NCBI GenBank assembly: GCA_965204575.1
Contig: OZ241993.1
Coordinates: 1,184,001-1,248,000 of the forward strand
Direction of reading: 5' to 3'
DNA length: 64,000 nucleotides
DNA from: an uncultured candidatus Porisulfidus sp.
GTDB lineage: Bacteria > Pseudomonadota > Gammaproteobacteria > Poriferisulfidales > Poriferisulfidaceae
A program made the translations under genes and the position numbers. How positions within the stretch are numbered: the first letter of the stretch is position 1; the number at the start of each line of letters is the position of its first letter. The notes beneath the pieces were generated by a model, which did no database searches, had not been told where the DNA came from, and worked only from the letters and a program-made list of their open reading frames with translations. Shown here one piece after another: positions 32,616 to 43,406 of this stretch.

Positions 32616-33065
32616 ATGTTCAGGGGATCCTGTTTGCTGACCGTCGACGACAAGGGCCGCATCGCGGTTCCCTCCCGGTTTCGTGAACCCCTGACCCGGC
32701 AAAGCGACGGCCACGTGGTCGCGACCATGTACCACGACCGCGGCATCGCGATCTACCCGCTGCCGGTGTGGGAGGAACTGGAGCAACGCCTCCAGGACCT
32801 GCCGAGCGGGGACCCCGCCAACCGCGTCCTGCAGGAAATGATCCTCGGGCATGCCGACGAACGGCAGCTCGACGGCCAGGGCCGGTTGCTGCTGGCGCCC
32901 AGCCTGCGCCGCTACGCCAAGCTCGACCGCGACGCGGAACTGATGGGACAGGGGCACAAGCTGGTGCTGTGGTCGACGCAGACCGAAGAGCAGCGCTACG
33001 ACAACTGGGCGCAGATCCTGAACGATCCCGAGCGCGCCCAGACCGTGACCAAGCTCAAACTCTGA
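32616..33065 (+). CDS. mraZ: Transcriptional regulator MraZ
   Basis: MFRG..., DDKGR and DGQGR motifs. Confidence 0.95.
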   Translation: MFRGSCLLTVDDKGRIAVPSRFREPLTRQSDGHVVATMYHDRGIAIYPLPVWEELEQRLQDLPSGDPANRVLQEMILGHADERQLDGQGRLLLAPSLRRYAKLDRDAELMGQGHKLVLWSTQTEEQRYDNWAQILNDPERAQTVTKLKL

Positions 33066-33997
33066 TGGCGGCAGGGCAGACGCATGAACCGGTCCTTCTG
33101 CGCGAAACCCTGGTCAGACTCGCCATCCGTCCCGACGGGCTATACGTCGACGCCACTTACGGCCGCGGCGGACACGCCCGCGGAATCTTCTCGCAACTCG
33201 GCCCTGGTGGCCGGCTATGGCTTGTGGACCGAGACCCCGGAGCCTGCGCCCACGCCCGCCGCGCGTTCGGAGGCGACCCGAGAGTGACCGTGGTGCAGGA
33301 CGCATTCGCGACCCTGCCCGAGCGTCTCGCCCAGGCCGGCCTGCAGCGCCAGGTCGACGGGTTGCTGCTGGACCTCGGCGTCTCCTCGGCACAACTGGAT
33401 TCTCCGGAACGCGGCTTCAGCTTCCGCGAGGACGGCCCGCTCGACATGCGCATGAGCGGTGACGGACGCACCGCCGCGCAGTGGCTTGCACAGGCCGCGG
33501 AAAACGAGATCTCGAGTGTCCTATCCGAATTCGGCGAGGAGCGCTACGCCCGGCGCATCGCCCGCGCCATCGTCGAGACCCGCGAACACACTCCCCTGAC
33601 CCACACCCGCCCGTTGGCGCAACTGATCGAACGCACGGTGCCGAAGGCCGAGGCGCGCCTGCATCCGGCCACCCGCAGCTTCCAGGCGATTCGCATCTTC
33701 ATCAACCGCGAGCTCGAGCAGCTGGAAACCCTGCTCGGGCAGGCCGCCGCGCTGCTGGCGGGCGAGGCGCGGCTCGCGGTGATCAGTTTCCATTCGCTGG
33801 AGGACCGCATCGTCAAGCGCTTCCTGCGCGCGGCCAGCCAGCCGCCGCCGGTCGGCCGGCACCGCCCGCCCCCGCCGTTCGAGCCCGTGCTGGAGGTGTT
33901 CGAGCTGGTTCGCCCGGCTCCCGACGAAATCGACCGCAACCCGCGCGCCCGCTCGGCCCGGCTGCGCACCGCCCGGAGGCTGCCATGCGCGGCATGA
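33065..33997 (+). CDS. rsmH: 16S rRNA (C1402-N4)-methyltransferase
   Basis: HEPVLL.E, DAT.GRGGH, DLGVSS.QLD..ERGFSF, FHSLEDR, NPRARSA.LR. Confidence 0.97.
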   Translation: MAAGQTHEPVLLRETLVRLAIRPDGLYVDATYGRGGHARGIFSQLGPGGRLWLVDRDPGACAHARRAFGGDPRVTVVQDAFATLPERLAQAGLQRQVDGLLLDLGVSSAQLDSPERGFSFREDGPLDMRMSGDGRTAAQWLAQAAENEISSVLSEFGEERYARRIARAIVETREHTPLTHTRPLAQLIERTVPKAEARLHPATRSFQAIRIFINRELEQLETLLGQAAALLAGEARLAVISFHSLEDRIVKRFLRAASQPPPVGRHRPPPPFEPVLEVFELVRPAPDEIDRNPRARSARLRTARRLPCAA

Positions 33998-34251
33998 TCC
34001 TGTGGGGACTGCTTCTGTTCGCCAACCTCACGGTGGCGATCGGCGTGGTGTACGTCAAGCACTCGAACCAGGCCGCGTTCAAGCAGATCCAGGAACAGCG
34101 CGAGGCTTACCACCGCCTGCAGACGGACTGGGGGCGGCTGCTGCTTGAGCAGGGCACCCTGGCCGCCTACGCGCGCGTGGAAAAGGAAGCGTCGCAACGC
34201 CTGCGCATGCGCCGGCCCGACCCGTCGAAGGTCAACTTGCTGAGCCCATGA
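33985..34251 (+). CDS. ftsL: Cell division protein FtsL
   Basis: TM plus coiled coil, WGRLLLEQ.T, RVE..A...L.M. Start 33985 or 33994. Confidence 0.9.
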   Translation: MRGMILWGLLLFANLTVAIGVVYVKHSNQAAFKQIQEQREAYHRLQTDWGRLLLEQGTLAAYARVEKEASQRLRMRRPDPSKVNLLSP

Positions 34252-35948
34252 AGGTTGCCCGCCGCGTTTCCTACAACTGGCGCCGCCGCCTGGTGCTGAG
34301 CCTGTTCCTGCTGGTCGGAATCGGCCTGGTCGGCCGTGCCGTCCAGTTGCAGTACGCCGAACAGGAATTCCTGACCGCGCAGGGCGAAAGCCGGCAGTTG
34401 CGGACGGTGCCGATCCCGGCATCCCGCGGCATGCTGCTCGACCGGCACGGCGAACCGCTCGCGATCAGCACCCCGGTGCAGTCGGTCTGGGCCGAGCCCA
34501 AGCCGCTGCTCGAGGCGCAGGGCCGGTGGCCTGAACTGGCCCGGCTGCTGAACCTGTCTCGGCCGAAGCTGAAGCGGCTGGTGTTCGACCGGCAGGACCG
34601 GAAGTTCGTCTACCTGCGCCGGCAGATCACGCCGGACCAGGCGGAGCAGGTGACCGCGCTGCAGATCCCGGGTGTCGGCCTGGTCACGGAATACCGCCGC
34701 TACTACCCGGCGGGCGCGGTCGCGGCGCAGCTGCTCGGCGGGACCGACATCGACGACAAGGGACAAGAGGGACTCGAGCTCGCGTTCGATTCTCGCCTGC
34801 GCGCACACCCGGGCGCGCGCCAGGTGCGGCAGGACCGCCACGGCCGGATCATCGACGACCTGGCCCAGCTGCGTGCGCCGAAGCACGGCGAGAACCTGCG
34901 TCTCGGGATCGACCTCTGGCTGCAATACCACGCTTACCAGGAACTGCAGCGTGCCGTGCTCAAGCATCGCGCACAGAGTGGCACCGTGGTGGTCCTGGAC
35001 GTGGTCACCGGCGAAGTGCTGGCCATGGCCCAGGCGCCTTCGTACAACCCCAACGGGGATCGGTCCGCCGATCCCGACCGGCGCCGCAACCGCGCCGTCA
35101 CCGACCTCTACGAACCGGGTTCGGTGATGAAGCCGTTCACGGTCCTGACTGCGCTGGCGAGCGGGGTCTACGGCGCGAACGACCGGATCGACACCACGCC
35201 CGGCCACTGGCGCATCGGCGGGCACCGGATCAGCGACATCCGGAATTTCGGAGAACTCGACCTCCGCGGCGTCCTGGTCAAGTCCAGCAACGTGGCGGCG
35301 GCCCGCATCGCATTGGACCTGCCCGGCGACAGCCTGTGGGAGACGTTCGACCGGGTCGGTTTCGGGCAGCCGCTTCGGATCGGTTATCCCGGCGAGGCGG
35401 TCGGCATTCTGCGCGAGCCGGACCAGTGGGTGCGCACCGACCAGGCCAGCCTCGGCTACGGCTACGGCCTGTCCGCGACGCCGCTGCACATCGCGCAGGC
35501 GTACATGGTGCTCGGCAACCGCGGCGTGCGCCACCCGATCAGTTTCCTGGCTCACCCCCAGGCCGACGGCGAGCGCATGCTCCCGCGCGAGTACTGCGAT
35601 GCGGTGCTGCGCATGATGCAGGGTGTGACCGGGCCCGAAGGGACCGCCCGGCGGGTGCGATTGCCGGGCTACACCGTGGCGGCCAAGACCGGCACGGTGC
35701 GCAAGATGGTCGATGGCGCCTACTCGGCTCGGCACCACGTTGCGATGGTTGCCGGGGTCGTGCCGGCGCGGCATCCCCGCCTGGCGATCCTGGTGCTGGT
35801 GGACACCCCCCGCGACGGGAAGTATTTCGGTGGCGAGGTGGCCGGGCCGGTGTTCCGGGAGGTGGCGCGCGAGGCGCTGCGCCTGCTGAACGTGCCGCCG
35901 GACGACCGGGAATTGATGATCCAGGCTTCGCCGGGAGGGACCGGATGA
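34248..35948 (+). CDS. ftsI: Penicillin-binding protein 3
   Basis: RG.L.DR.G, EPGSVMK (SxxK), KSSN (SxN), KTGT. Confidence 0.96.
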   Translation: MKVARRVSYNWRRRLVLSLFLLVGIGLVGRAVQLQYAEQEFLTAQGESRQLRTVPIPASRGMLLDRHGEPLAISTPVQSVWAEPKPLLEAQGRWPELARLLNLSRPKLKRLVFDRQDRKFVYLRRQITPDQAEQVTALQIPGVGLVTEYRRYYPAGAVAAQLLGGTDIDDKGQEGLELAFDSRLRAHPGARQVRQDRHGRIIDDLAQLRAPKHGENLRLGIDLWLQYHAYQELQRAVLKHRAQSGTVVVLDVVTGEVLAMAQAPSYNPNGDRSADPDRRRNRAVTDLYEPGSVMKPFTVLTALASGVYGANDRIDTTPGHWRIGGHRISDIRNFGELDLRGVLVKSSNVAAARIALDLPGDSLWETFDRVGFGQPLRIGYPGEAVGILREPDQWVRTDQASLGYGYGLSATPLHIAQAYMVLGNRGVRHPISFLAHPQADGERMLPREYCDAVLRMMQGVTGPEGTARRVRLPGYTVAAKTGTVRKMVDGAYSARHHVAMVAGVVPARHPRLAILVLVDTPRDGKYFGGEVAGPVFREVAREALRLLNVPPDDRELMIQASPGGTG

Positions 35949-37411
35949 GCCTGCAGGCATCGCTGTCGGATTTGCTTGAAGGGTTTGCCCCCATTCCCCG
36001 GGATTGCTCGATCGCCGGCATTCAGTGCCGTAGCGCGGAGATCCGTCCCGGGGATCTTTTTGCGGCCTGCCGGGGAACCCGACGGCATGGCCTCGAGGGG
36101 CTACCCGAGGCGCTCGGGAAGGGCGCGGCGGCGGTGATCTACGAACCGGACCCGGATCAGCCACAACCCTGGGCGGCCGTCCCGTGCGTGGCGGTGCCGG
36201 ACCTGTCCCGCTCGCTCAGCGCGATCGCCGGGCGCTTCTACCGCGACCCTTCGGCACAGTTGCCGGTCATCGGCATCACCGGCACCGACGGCAAGACCTC
36301 CACCAGCCACCTGATCGCGCAGATCCTGGGCGCACTGGAACAGTCCTGCGGCGTCATCGGGACCTTGGGCGCCGGTCGGCTGACCGCCCTGCACGCGACC
36401 GGCCACACCACGCCGGATGCCGTGCGGTTGCAGGCGGAACTCTTCGACATGGCGCAGCGCGGCGATACGGTCGCCGTACTGGAGGTGTCGTCGCATGCCC
36501 TAGACCAGTACCGCTGCGATGCGGTGCACTTCGAGACGGCGGTGTTCACCACGCTGGGGCGCGACCATCTCGACTACCACCAGACCCCGGAGCGGTATGC
36601 CGCGGCCAAGCGGCGCCTGTTCACGGAACTCAAGCCGGAACGTGCGGTCATCAATATTGATGACCCGTTCGGGCACGAACTCGCCGAACAGATGGAATCG
36701 AAGGCGCGAGTCCATACCTGCGCGATGGACGCGCCGGCGGAGTCGACCGCGCGCGTGACCGGGCTGACGGCGGAGGGCCTGTCGTTCGAGTGGACGGCAG
36801 GCGGCGAAACCCATGCGGTGCAGGTGCCGGGACTGTACGGCCGTTTCAACGTGATGAACCTGCTGCTGTCGGCGACCGCCGTGCAGGCGCGGGGCGTGCC
36901 GATGGCGAAGGTGGCGGCAGCGATGGAAGGCCTGTCGCCGGTGCCGGGCCGGCTGGAGCGCGTGACCCGGGCGCCGGGCCCGGTATTCGTCGATTACGCG
37001 CACACGCCCGATGCGCTGGAGGCGGCGCTTTGCGCGTTGCGCGAACATTTCGGGGCGGACATCCACTGCGTGTTCGGTTGCGGCGGCGACCGCGACCGCG
37101 GCAAGCGCCCGCGCATGGGCGAAGTGGCGCAGCGACTGGCCGCCCGGGCGACCCTGACCGACGACAACCCGCGCAGCGAGGCGCCCGAGCGGATCGTCGA
37201 GGACATCCTGAAAGGCATCCCGAAATCCGCGTCCGTCGCGGTGCGGCATGACCGCGCGGAGGCGATCCGCCGGGCGGTTCGGGAAGCGGCCCCCGGCGAG
37301 GTGGTGCTGATTGCCGGCAAGGGTCACGAGTCCGAACAGGTCGCGGCCGGGAAAACGCGGCCGTTTTCCGATCACGCCGCCGTGCACGCGGCGTTGGAGG
37401 CCGGCGCATGA
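35945..37411 (+). CDS. murE: UDP-MurNAc-tripeptide ligase (meso-DAP)
   Basis: GITGTDGKTS, EVSSH, VDYAHTPDAL, DNPRSE, AGKGHE. Start ATG 35945. Confidence 0.96.
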   Translation: MSLQASLSDLLEGFAPIPRDCSIAGIQCRSAEIRPGDLFAACRGTRRHGLEGLPEALGKGAAAVIYEPDPDQPQPWAAVPCVAVPDLSRSLSAIAGRFYRDPSAQLPVIGITGTDGKTSTSHLIAQILGALEQSCGVIGTLGAGRLTALHATGHTTPDAVRLQAELFDMAQRGDTVAVLEVSSHALDQYRCDAVHFETAVFTTLGRDHLDYHQTPERYAAAKRRLFTELKPERAVINIDDPFGHELAEQMESKARVHTCAMDAPAESTARVTGLTAEGLSFEWTAGGETHAVQVPGLYGRFNVMNLLLSATAVQARGVPMAKVAAAMEGLSPVPGRLERVTRAPGPVFVDYAHTPDALEAALCALREHFGADIHCVFGCGGDRDRGKRPRMGEVAQRLAARATLTDDNPRSEAPERIVEDILKGIPKSASVAVRHDRAEAIRRAVREAAPGEVVLIAGKGHESEQVAAGKTRPFSDHAAVHAALEAGA

Positions 37412-38763
37412 AGACGATGCGTCTGGCGCAACTGGCGGCCTGGGCCGACGGCGAACTCAAGGGCGCGGATGCGCCCGTCGAGGGGGTTGGCACGGACAGC
37501 CGGACCCTGAAGGACGGGGAACTGTTCGTGGCCCTGAAGGGCGAGAACTTCGACGGGCACGATTTCGCCGCACGGTGCGAAGACCGCGCGGCGGGGGCGA
37601 TGGTGGCGCGCGAACTTGCCATGGATTGCCCGCAGATCGTGGTCCCGAACACGCTCACGGCGCTGCAGCGGGTCGCCGCTCAATGGCGCGCCGAGCATCG
37701 CGTCGCAGTGGCGGGCATCACCGGCAGCAACGGCAAGACCACGACCAAGGAGATGACGGCCGCGATTTTGAGCAGCGAGGAACGCACGCTGGCGTCGAGG
37801 GGCAACCTGAACAACCATATCGGCGTGCCGCTGACCCTGCTGGGCCTGGACGACAGCCACCGCTACGCGGTAATCGAAATGGGCGCCAACCATCCGGGCG
37901 AGATTCGGCAGTTGACGGCGCTGGCGCGGCCGCAGGCGGCCACCATCACCTGTGCCGCGCAGGCACACCTGGAAGGGTTCGGCAGCCTGCAGGGCGTGGC
38001 CCGTGCGAAGGCCGAGATCTTCGAAGGCCTGGGGCCGGAGGGCGTCGCGGTGATCAACGCCGAGGACGGGTTCGCGTTCCAGTGGCGGACCGCCGCCGCC
38101 CCGCACGAGGTGCTGACGTTCGCGGCGGACCTGAACGTGCAGGCGGACGTCTACGCACATCCCTGCGCCCCGTCGCGGCTTGAGTTCCGCCACAGCGGCG
38201 AGAACGTCGAGGTCGAGTGGACATTGGCCGGCATACACAACGCGCGCAACGCGGCTTGCTCGGTGGCGTTGGCGGTGGCGCTGGGCGTGCCGTTCCAGCG
38301 GGCGGCGCGGGCGCTATCGGGTTTCCAGCTTGAGGTCGGCGGCCGGCTGCGGTTGGTCGAGGGTTACGGCGGCGCGCAATTGATCGACGACAGCTACAAC
38401 GCCAATCCCGGGTCTTTCCATGCGGCCATCGACGTGCTGGTGGCGCAGGGGAGGGAGTCGTGGATGGTCATGGGCGAGATGAAGGAACTCGGCCTGTACA
38501 GCGCGGAGTGCCACGAGGAGGTGGCCGACTACGCGCGCAAATCCGGCGTGCGCCGTCTCTACGTGCTGGGCCCGCACGCCGCGCGTGCCGCCCGTGCATT
38601 CGGTCCGGGCGGGCAGGCCTGCACGGACGTGGAGGCACTGTCGGGCGAGTTGCGGGCGCAGCTCGGTTCCCGGCATGCGGTGCTGGTCAAAGGCTCGCGC
38701 GCGGCGCGACTGGAGCGCCTGGTGGCGCGGCTCATGCCGGGGGAAGAAGCCAATGCTGCTTGA
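37408..38763 (+). CDS. murF: UDP-MurNAc-tripeptide--D-Ala-D-Ala ligase
   Basis: [32 protein letters not shown]. Confidence 0.96.
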   Translation: MKTMRLAQLAAWADGELKGADAPVEGVGTDSRTLKDGELFVALKGENFDGHDFAARCEDRAAGAMVARELAMDCPQIVVPNTLTALQRVAAQWRAEHRVAVAGITGSNGKTTTKEMTAAILSSEERTLASRGNLNNHIGVPLTLLGLDDSHRYAVIEMGANHPGEIRQLTALARPQAATITCAAQAHLEGFGSLQGVARAKAEIFEGLGPEGVAVINAEDGFAFQWRTAAAPHEVLTFAADLNVQADVYAHPCAPSRLEFRHSGENVEVEWTLAGIHNARNAACSVALAVALGVPFQRAARALSGFQLEVGGRLRLVEGYGGAQLIDDSYNANPGSFHAAIDVLVAQGRESWMVMGEMKELGLYSAECHEEVADYARKSGVRRLYVLGPHAARAARAFGPGGQACTDVEALSGELRAQLGSRHAVLVKGSRAARLERLVARLMPGEEANAA

Positions 38764-39829
38764 ACTCTTCGCTTCCCTCGAACGGTTCGATCCCGGTTTC
38801 GCACTGTTCCAGTACCTGACGGTCCGCGGCATCCTGGCGCTGCTGACGGCCCTCGGCATCGCGCTGTTGATCGGTCCGGCAGTCATCCGCTGGCTGCGCG
38901 CGCGGGACATCGGCGAGACAGTGCGCGACGACGGGCCGGCCTCGCATCGGTCCAAGGGCGGCACGCCGACCATGGGCGGGGTGCTGATTATCCTGGCGTT
39001 GCTCGGCTCGGTGCTGCTGTGGGGGTCCTGGGGCAACCGCTACCTGTGGGTCCTGGTGGTCGTGACCGGGCTGTACGCGATGATCGGGATCCTCGACGAT
39101 TTCTGCAAGTTCCGAAACGGCCGCGGCATCACCGCGCGCCTGAAGTTTTCGCTGCAGGTGCTGGCCGGGGTCGGCATCGCCCTTGCGCTGTACGCCAGCG
39201 CGACCGACCCGGTGGAGACCCGCATGGTGCTTCCGATCATCAAGGAGTGGCAGTTCGATTTGGGCTGGGCGTTCGTGCCGCTGGCCGCATTCATGCTGGT
39301 CCTGATGAGCAACGCGGTCAACCTGACCGACGGCCTGGACGGGCTGGCCACCATGCCGTCGGTGCTGATCGCCGGCGGGCTTGGCGTATACGCCTACGCC
39401 TCCGGGCACATGGAGTTCGCCGAGTACCTCGGCATCGCACATGTCCCGCTGGCTGGCGAGATGATCGTGTACTGCGCCGCACTGGTCGGGGCGGGGCTTG
39501 GATTCCTTTGGTTCAACACCTATCCGGCGCAGGTTTTCATGGGTGACGTCGGCGCGCTCGCGATCGGTGCCGCGCTGGGCGCGGTGGCGGTCATGCTGCG
39601 CCAGGAAATCGTTTTGATCCTGATGGCCGGCGTGATGATGATGGAGACCCTGTCGGTGGTGTTGCAGGTGATCTCCTACCGGCTCACCGGCCGGCGCATC
39701 TTCGCCATGGCGCCGTTGCACCACCACTTCGAGTTGCGCGGCTGGCCGGAACCCCGTATCGCGGTCCGTTTCTGGATCATCACGGTGGTCCTGGTGTTGC
39801 TGGGGCTGGCCACCCTGAAAGTTCGGTAA
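38753..39829 (+). CDS. mraY: Phospho-N-acetylmuramoyl-pentapeptide transferase
   Basis: [36 protein letters not shown]. Confidence 0.97.
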   Translation: MLLELFASLERFDPGFALFQYLTVRGILALLTALGIALLIGPAVIRWLRARDIGETVRDDGPASHRSKGGTPTMGGVLIILALLGSVLLWGSWGNRYLWVLVVVTGLYAMIGILDDFCKFRNGRGITARLKFSLQVLAGVGIALALYASATDPVETRMVLPIIKEWQFDLGWAFVPLAAFMLVLMSNAVNLTDGLDGLATMPSVLIAGGLGVYAYASGHMEFAEYLGIAHVPLAGEMIVYCAALVGAGLGFLWFNTYPAQVFMGDVGALAIGAALGAVAVMLRQEIVLILMAGVMMMETLSVVLQVISYRLTGRRIFAMAPLHHHFELRGWPEPRIAVRFWIITVVLVLLGLATLKVR

Positions 39830-39841
39830 AGGAGGGAAGCC

Positions 39842-41197
39842 ATGGATTCGACTACTACCCCCGTTACGATGCGAACCCTGGTCGTGGGCTTGGGCGTCAC
39901 CGGCCTGTCGGTGGCGCACTACCTGCATCGCCGCAACGAACCGTTCACGGTTTGGGACAGCGCGCCCAAGGAGCAGGCGCTGGCCCGGCTGCGGGAAGAC
40001 TGCCCGGAAGCGTCGGTGGTGTCCGGCGACCCGGACCTCAGGGAATTCGAGAGCGCGGACACCGTGATCGTGAGCCCCGGCGTTTCGCTCGACCACCCGG
40101 CGTTGCGCGCCGCGCGGGCAGGGGGCGCCCAAGTGTACGGGGACATCGAATTATTCGCCCACGAGGCGAATGCGCCGGTGCTCGGCATCACCGGCAGCAA
40201 CGGCAAGAGCACCACCACGCTGCTGGCGGCGCACCTGCTCAAGGAAGCGGACCTCGAGGCCGAGACCGGCGGCAACCTCGGCACGCCCGCGCTGTCGCTG
40301 CTGCGCGAACCGGCGCCGGATGCCTACGTGCTGGAACTGTCGAGCTTCCAGCTCGAAGCGACCGAGACCCTGCATTGCCGGGCCGCGGGCCTGCTCAATC
40401 TCAGCCCGGACCATATCGACCGCCACGGCAGCTTCGAGGCGTACCGCGAAATCAAGCACCGCCTCTACCGGCATGCCGAGGTGGCGGTGTTCAACCGCGA
40501 CGACTCCAACACCCGCCCCGGCATTACGGCCGGCCGGGCGGTCAGTTTCGGGCTCGACGTCCCGCAGCACGACGGCGATTTCGGCTTGCGCGAACATAAC
40601 GGGCAAACCTGGCTGTGCCAAGGCTGGAACCGGCTGCTGCCCTGTAGCGAGTTGCAGCTCGAGGGGCGGCACAACTGGGCCAATGCGCTGGCGGCGCTTG
40701 CCCTGGCGGAGGCGTTCGGCGTGCGCCCGGAGCGGGCGGCGCCCGGCCTGCGCTCATTCGAGGGCCTGCCGCACCGGTTGCAGCCGGTCGCGGAATTCAA
40801 CGGCATCCGCTGGGTCAACGATTCGAAGGCCACCAACCTGAGCGCCATGCAGGCGGCCCTGTCGGCGTTCGCGCGGCCCTGCGTGCTGATTGCCGGCGGG
40901 CAGGCCAAACAGGAGGATCTCAGACGCGCGACTCTCACGCTGTCGCGACACGTCCGCACGTTGGTGCTGTTCGGGGAATCGGCCCGGACCATGGCACAGG
41001 CCTGGGCCGACTGCGTGCCGGTCGTCCAGGCGGCCGATCTCGCCGAGGCGGTGCAACAGGCATCCGAACGGGCCGAGCCCGGCGATTGCGTGCTGCTGTC
41101 CCCCGGGTGCGCGAGCTACGACCAGTACTCGGGGTTCGAGGAACGCGGCGAGGATTTCATCGCCCGGGTGCGCGCCCTGCAGGAATCAGCCACATGA
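39842..41197 (+). CDS. murD: UDP-MurNAc-L-Ala--D-Glu ligase
   Basis: ITGSNGKSTT, ELSSFQL, NDSKATN, LLSPGCAS.DQ. Confidence 0.96.
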   Translation: MDSTTTPVTMRTLVVGLGVTGLSVAHYLHRRNEPFTVWDSAPKEQALARLREDCPEASVVSGDPDLREFESADTVIVSPGVSLDHPALRAARAGGAQVYGDIELFAHEANAPVLGITGSNGKSTTTLLAAHLLKEADLEAETGGNLGTPALSLLREPAPDAYVLELSSFQLEATETLHCRAAGLLNLSPDHIDRHGSFEAYREIKHRLYRHAEVAVFNRDDSNTRPGITAGRAVSFGLDVPQHDGDFGLREHNGQTWLCQGWNRLLPCSELQLEGRHNWANALAALALAEAFGVRPERAAPGLRSFEGLPHRLQPVAEFNGIRWVNDSKATNLSAMQAALSAFARPCVLIAGGQAKQEDLRRATLTLSRHVRTLVLFGESARTMAQAWADCVPVVQAADLAEAVQQASERAEPGDCVLLSPGCASYDQYSGFEERGEDFIARVRALQESAT

Positions 41198-42348
41198 ACG
41201 AACAACACTCGTCCTCGCCTGATTTGTACATCGCCGCCATGCTGCTGGCGATCGGGCTCGTGGCGATGACCTCCGCCTCGGTGGAGGTGTCGGCGAACCT
41301 GCACGGCGATGCGCTGTACTACTTCAAGCATCAGTCCCTGCTCATGGCGGTCGGCGTCCTGGGAGCGCTGGTCCTGGCCCGGATCCCGCTGTCCGTACAC
41401 CGCAAGCTGGCGCCCTGGTACGGGGTATTCTCCCTGGCGCTGCTGACCTTGGCATTGGTTCCGGGGCTCGGCCATACGGTCAACAACAGCACGCGCTGGC
41501 TGGATTTGGGCCCGGTGCGCTTCCAGCCGTCGGAACTGATCAAGCCGGCACTGGTCTTGTGGATGGCGGCGTATGTGGCGCAGCACGGAACGCTGCTGGA
41601 GACCCGTGTGCGGGGCATTCTGTTGCCGCTCGGCATCGTGGCCCTGACCGTCTTGCTGCTGCTGCTGGAACCGGATTTCGGGACCGCCTGCGTGATCGCG
41701 GTGACCGCGCTGTGCATGCTGTTTCTCTGCGGCGGCTACCTGCGCGCGCTGCTCGGCTGCGCAATCTGCGCCACGGTCGCGATGGGCGGGCTGGCGATCG
41801 CCGCACCGTACCGGCTGATGCGCATTCAGACCTTCCTGGATCCCTGGGCGGATCCGTTCAACAGCGGCTACCAGCTGACCCAGTCGCTGATCGCGATCGG
41901 CAGCGGGGGGATGTGGGGGCGCGGGCTCGGCGAGGGGGTGCAGAAGCATTTCTACCTGCCGGAGATGCACACCGACTTCGTGTTTGCCGTGGCGGCCGAG
42001 GAACTGGGCCTGATCGGGGCCGTGATCATCATCGTCCTGTTCGTGATGTTCCTCATGGCGGCATTTCGCATCGCCCGTCAGGCGCAGGCGAGGGAGCAGC
42101 ACTTCGCCGCCGCGGTCGCCTACGGGGTCGGCCTGTGGATCAGCCTGCAGGCTTTCGTCAACATTGCGGTGAACATGGGCGCGCTGCCGACCAAGGGGCT
42201 GACCCTGCCCCTGATGAGCGCAGGCGGCAGCTCGCTGCTTGCGACGCTTGCCGGTCTCGGCCTGCTGTGGCGCGCACGCTATGAGGCGGAGATCCTGCCG
42301 GGCCTGCCGGGCAGCGGCGCGAAAACCAGGCGCAGGAGGTCTGCGTGA
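41194..42348 (+). CDS. ftsW: Peptidoglycan polymerase FtsW
   Basis: RW, FQPSE..K, EPDFG, GYQL.QS, PE.HTDF, EELG, P.KG.TLP. Start ATG 41194. Confidence 0.96.
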   Translation: MNEQHSSSPDLYIAAMLLAIGLVAMTSASVEVSANLHGDALYYFKHQSLLMAVGVLGALVLARIPLSVHRKLAPWYGVFSLALLTLALVPGLGHTVNNSTRWLDLGPVRFQPSELIKPALVLWMAAYVAQHGTLLETRVRGILLPLGIVALTVLLLLLEPDFGTACVIAVTALCMLFLCGGYLRALLGCAICATVAMGGLAIAAPYRLMRIQTFLDPWADPFNSGYQLTQSLIAIGSGGMWGRGLGEGVQKHFYLPEMHTDFVFAVAAEELGLIGAVIIIVLFVMFLMAAFRIARQAQAREQHFAAAVAYGVGLWISLQAFVNIAVNMGALPTKGLTLPLMSAGGSSLLATLAGLGLLWRARYEAEILPGLPGSGAKTRRRRSA

Positions 42349-43406
42349 ACACCCGACCCGTGATGATTCTGGCCGGCGGGACCGGCGGACACGTGTTTCC
42401 GGCACTGGCGGTAGCGGAACGCTTGCGCGAACGCGGCGTGCCGGTGCAGTGGGTCGGGACCCGGGCCGGGCTGGAGGCGCGGCTCGTGCCCCAGGCGGGA
42501 TTCCCGGTCATCTGGATGCCGTTGCGGGCGCCGCGGCGACGCGGCCTGCTGGGCCTCGTCGGCGTCATGCCGCGCGTGCTGTGGGCAGTGATCCTCGGGG
42601 TGGGCCTGTTGCTGAAGCACCGTCCGGCGGTGGTTCTCGGCATGGGCGGCTACGCGTCGTCCGCGGTGGCGCTGGCGGCGCTGCTGTGCCGGGTGCCCTT
42701 GATCGTTCATGAACAGAACGCGGTGGCCGGCCTGACCAATCGCGTGTTGGCCCGCTTCGCGGCGCGTGTGCTGCTGGGCTTCTCCGACGTGCGCGGCATC
42801 CACGGCGGAACCCACCTCGGCAACCCGGTTCGGGTCTCGCTGTGCGCGCAGCCGCTGTCGCCCGAGGCCCCGATGCGGCCGCTGCGGTTGCTCGTGGTCG
42901 GCGGCAGCCAGGGCGCTGAAGTCTTCAATCTCGTGGTGCCGGAGGCCTTGCGCGTCATGCCCGAGGACTGCCGGCCCTCGGTCTGGCACCAGACCGGTTC
43001 GGATCCGGCGCCGGTCGCCCGGCGCTACCCCTCGGGGGCGCAGCCCCGGCTGGATGCGTTCATCGAGGAGATGGACCAGGCGTACGTGTGGGCCGACCTC
43101 GTGCTGGCGCGGGCCGGCGCGATGACCCTGGCGGAACTCGCGGCCAGTGCGCGCGGGGCGGTGCTGGTGCCGTACCCCCATGCCGCCGACGGGCATCAGT
43201 TCGACAACGCGAACCAATACGCCGGGGACGGCGCGGCCGAAGTCTGGGAGCAGGATGAATTCACCCCGCAGCGGTTGGCGCTTCGCCTCGCCGAACTGGC
43301 GCGGGATCGCGCCACGCTGGTTGAAATGAGCCGGGCGGCACTGCGCCGGGCTCGCCCGGATGCCGCCGGGGATGTCGCCGAATGCCTGCTGGAGTTCTGC
43401 ACGTGA
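42345..43406 (+). CDS. murG: Undecaprenyl-PP-MurNAc-pentapeptide GlcNAc transferase
   Basis: GGTGGH.FP, HEQN, GNPVR, GGSQGA, RAGA.T.AE. Confidence 0.96.
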   Translation: MNTRPVMILAGGTGGHVFPALAVAERLRERGVPVQWVGTRAGLEARLVPQAGFPVIWMPLRAPRRRGLLGLVGVMPRVLWAVILGVGLLLKHRPAVVLGMGGYASSAVALAALLCRVPLIVHEQNAVAGLTNRVLARFAARVLLGFSDVRGIHGGTHLGNPVRVSLCAQPLSPEAPMRPLRLLVVGGSQGAEVFNLVVPEALRVMPEDCRPSVWHQTGSDPAPVARRYPSGAQPRLDAFIEEMDQAYVWADLVLARAGAMTLAELAASARGAVLVPYPHAADGHQFDNANQYAGDGAAEVWEQDEFTPQRLALRLAELARDRATLVEMSRAALRRARPDAAGDVAECLLEFCT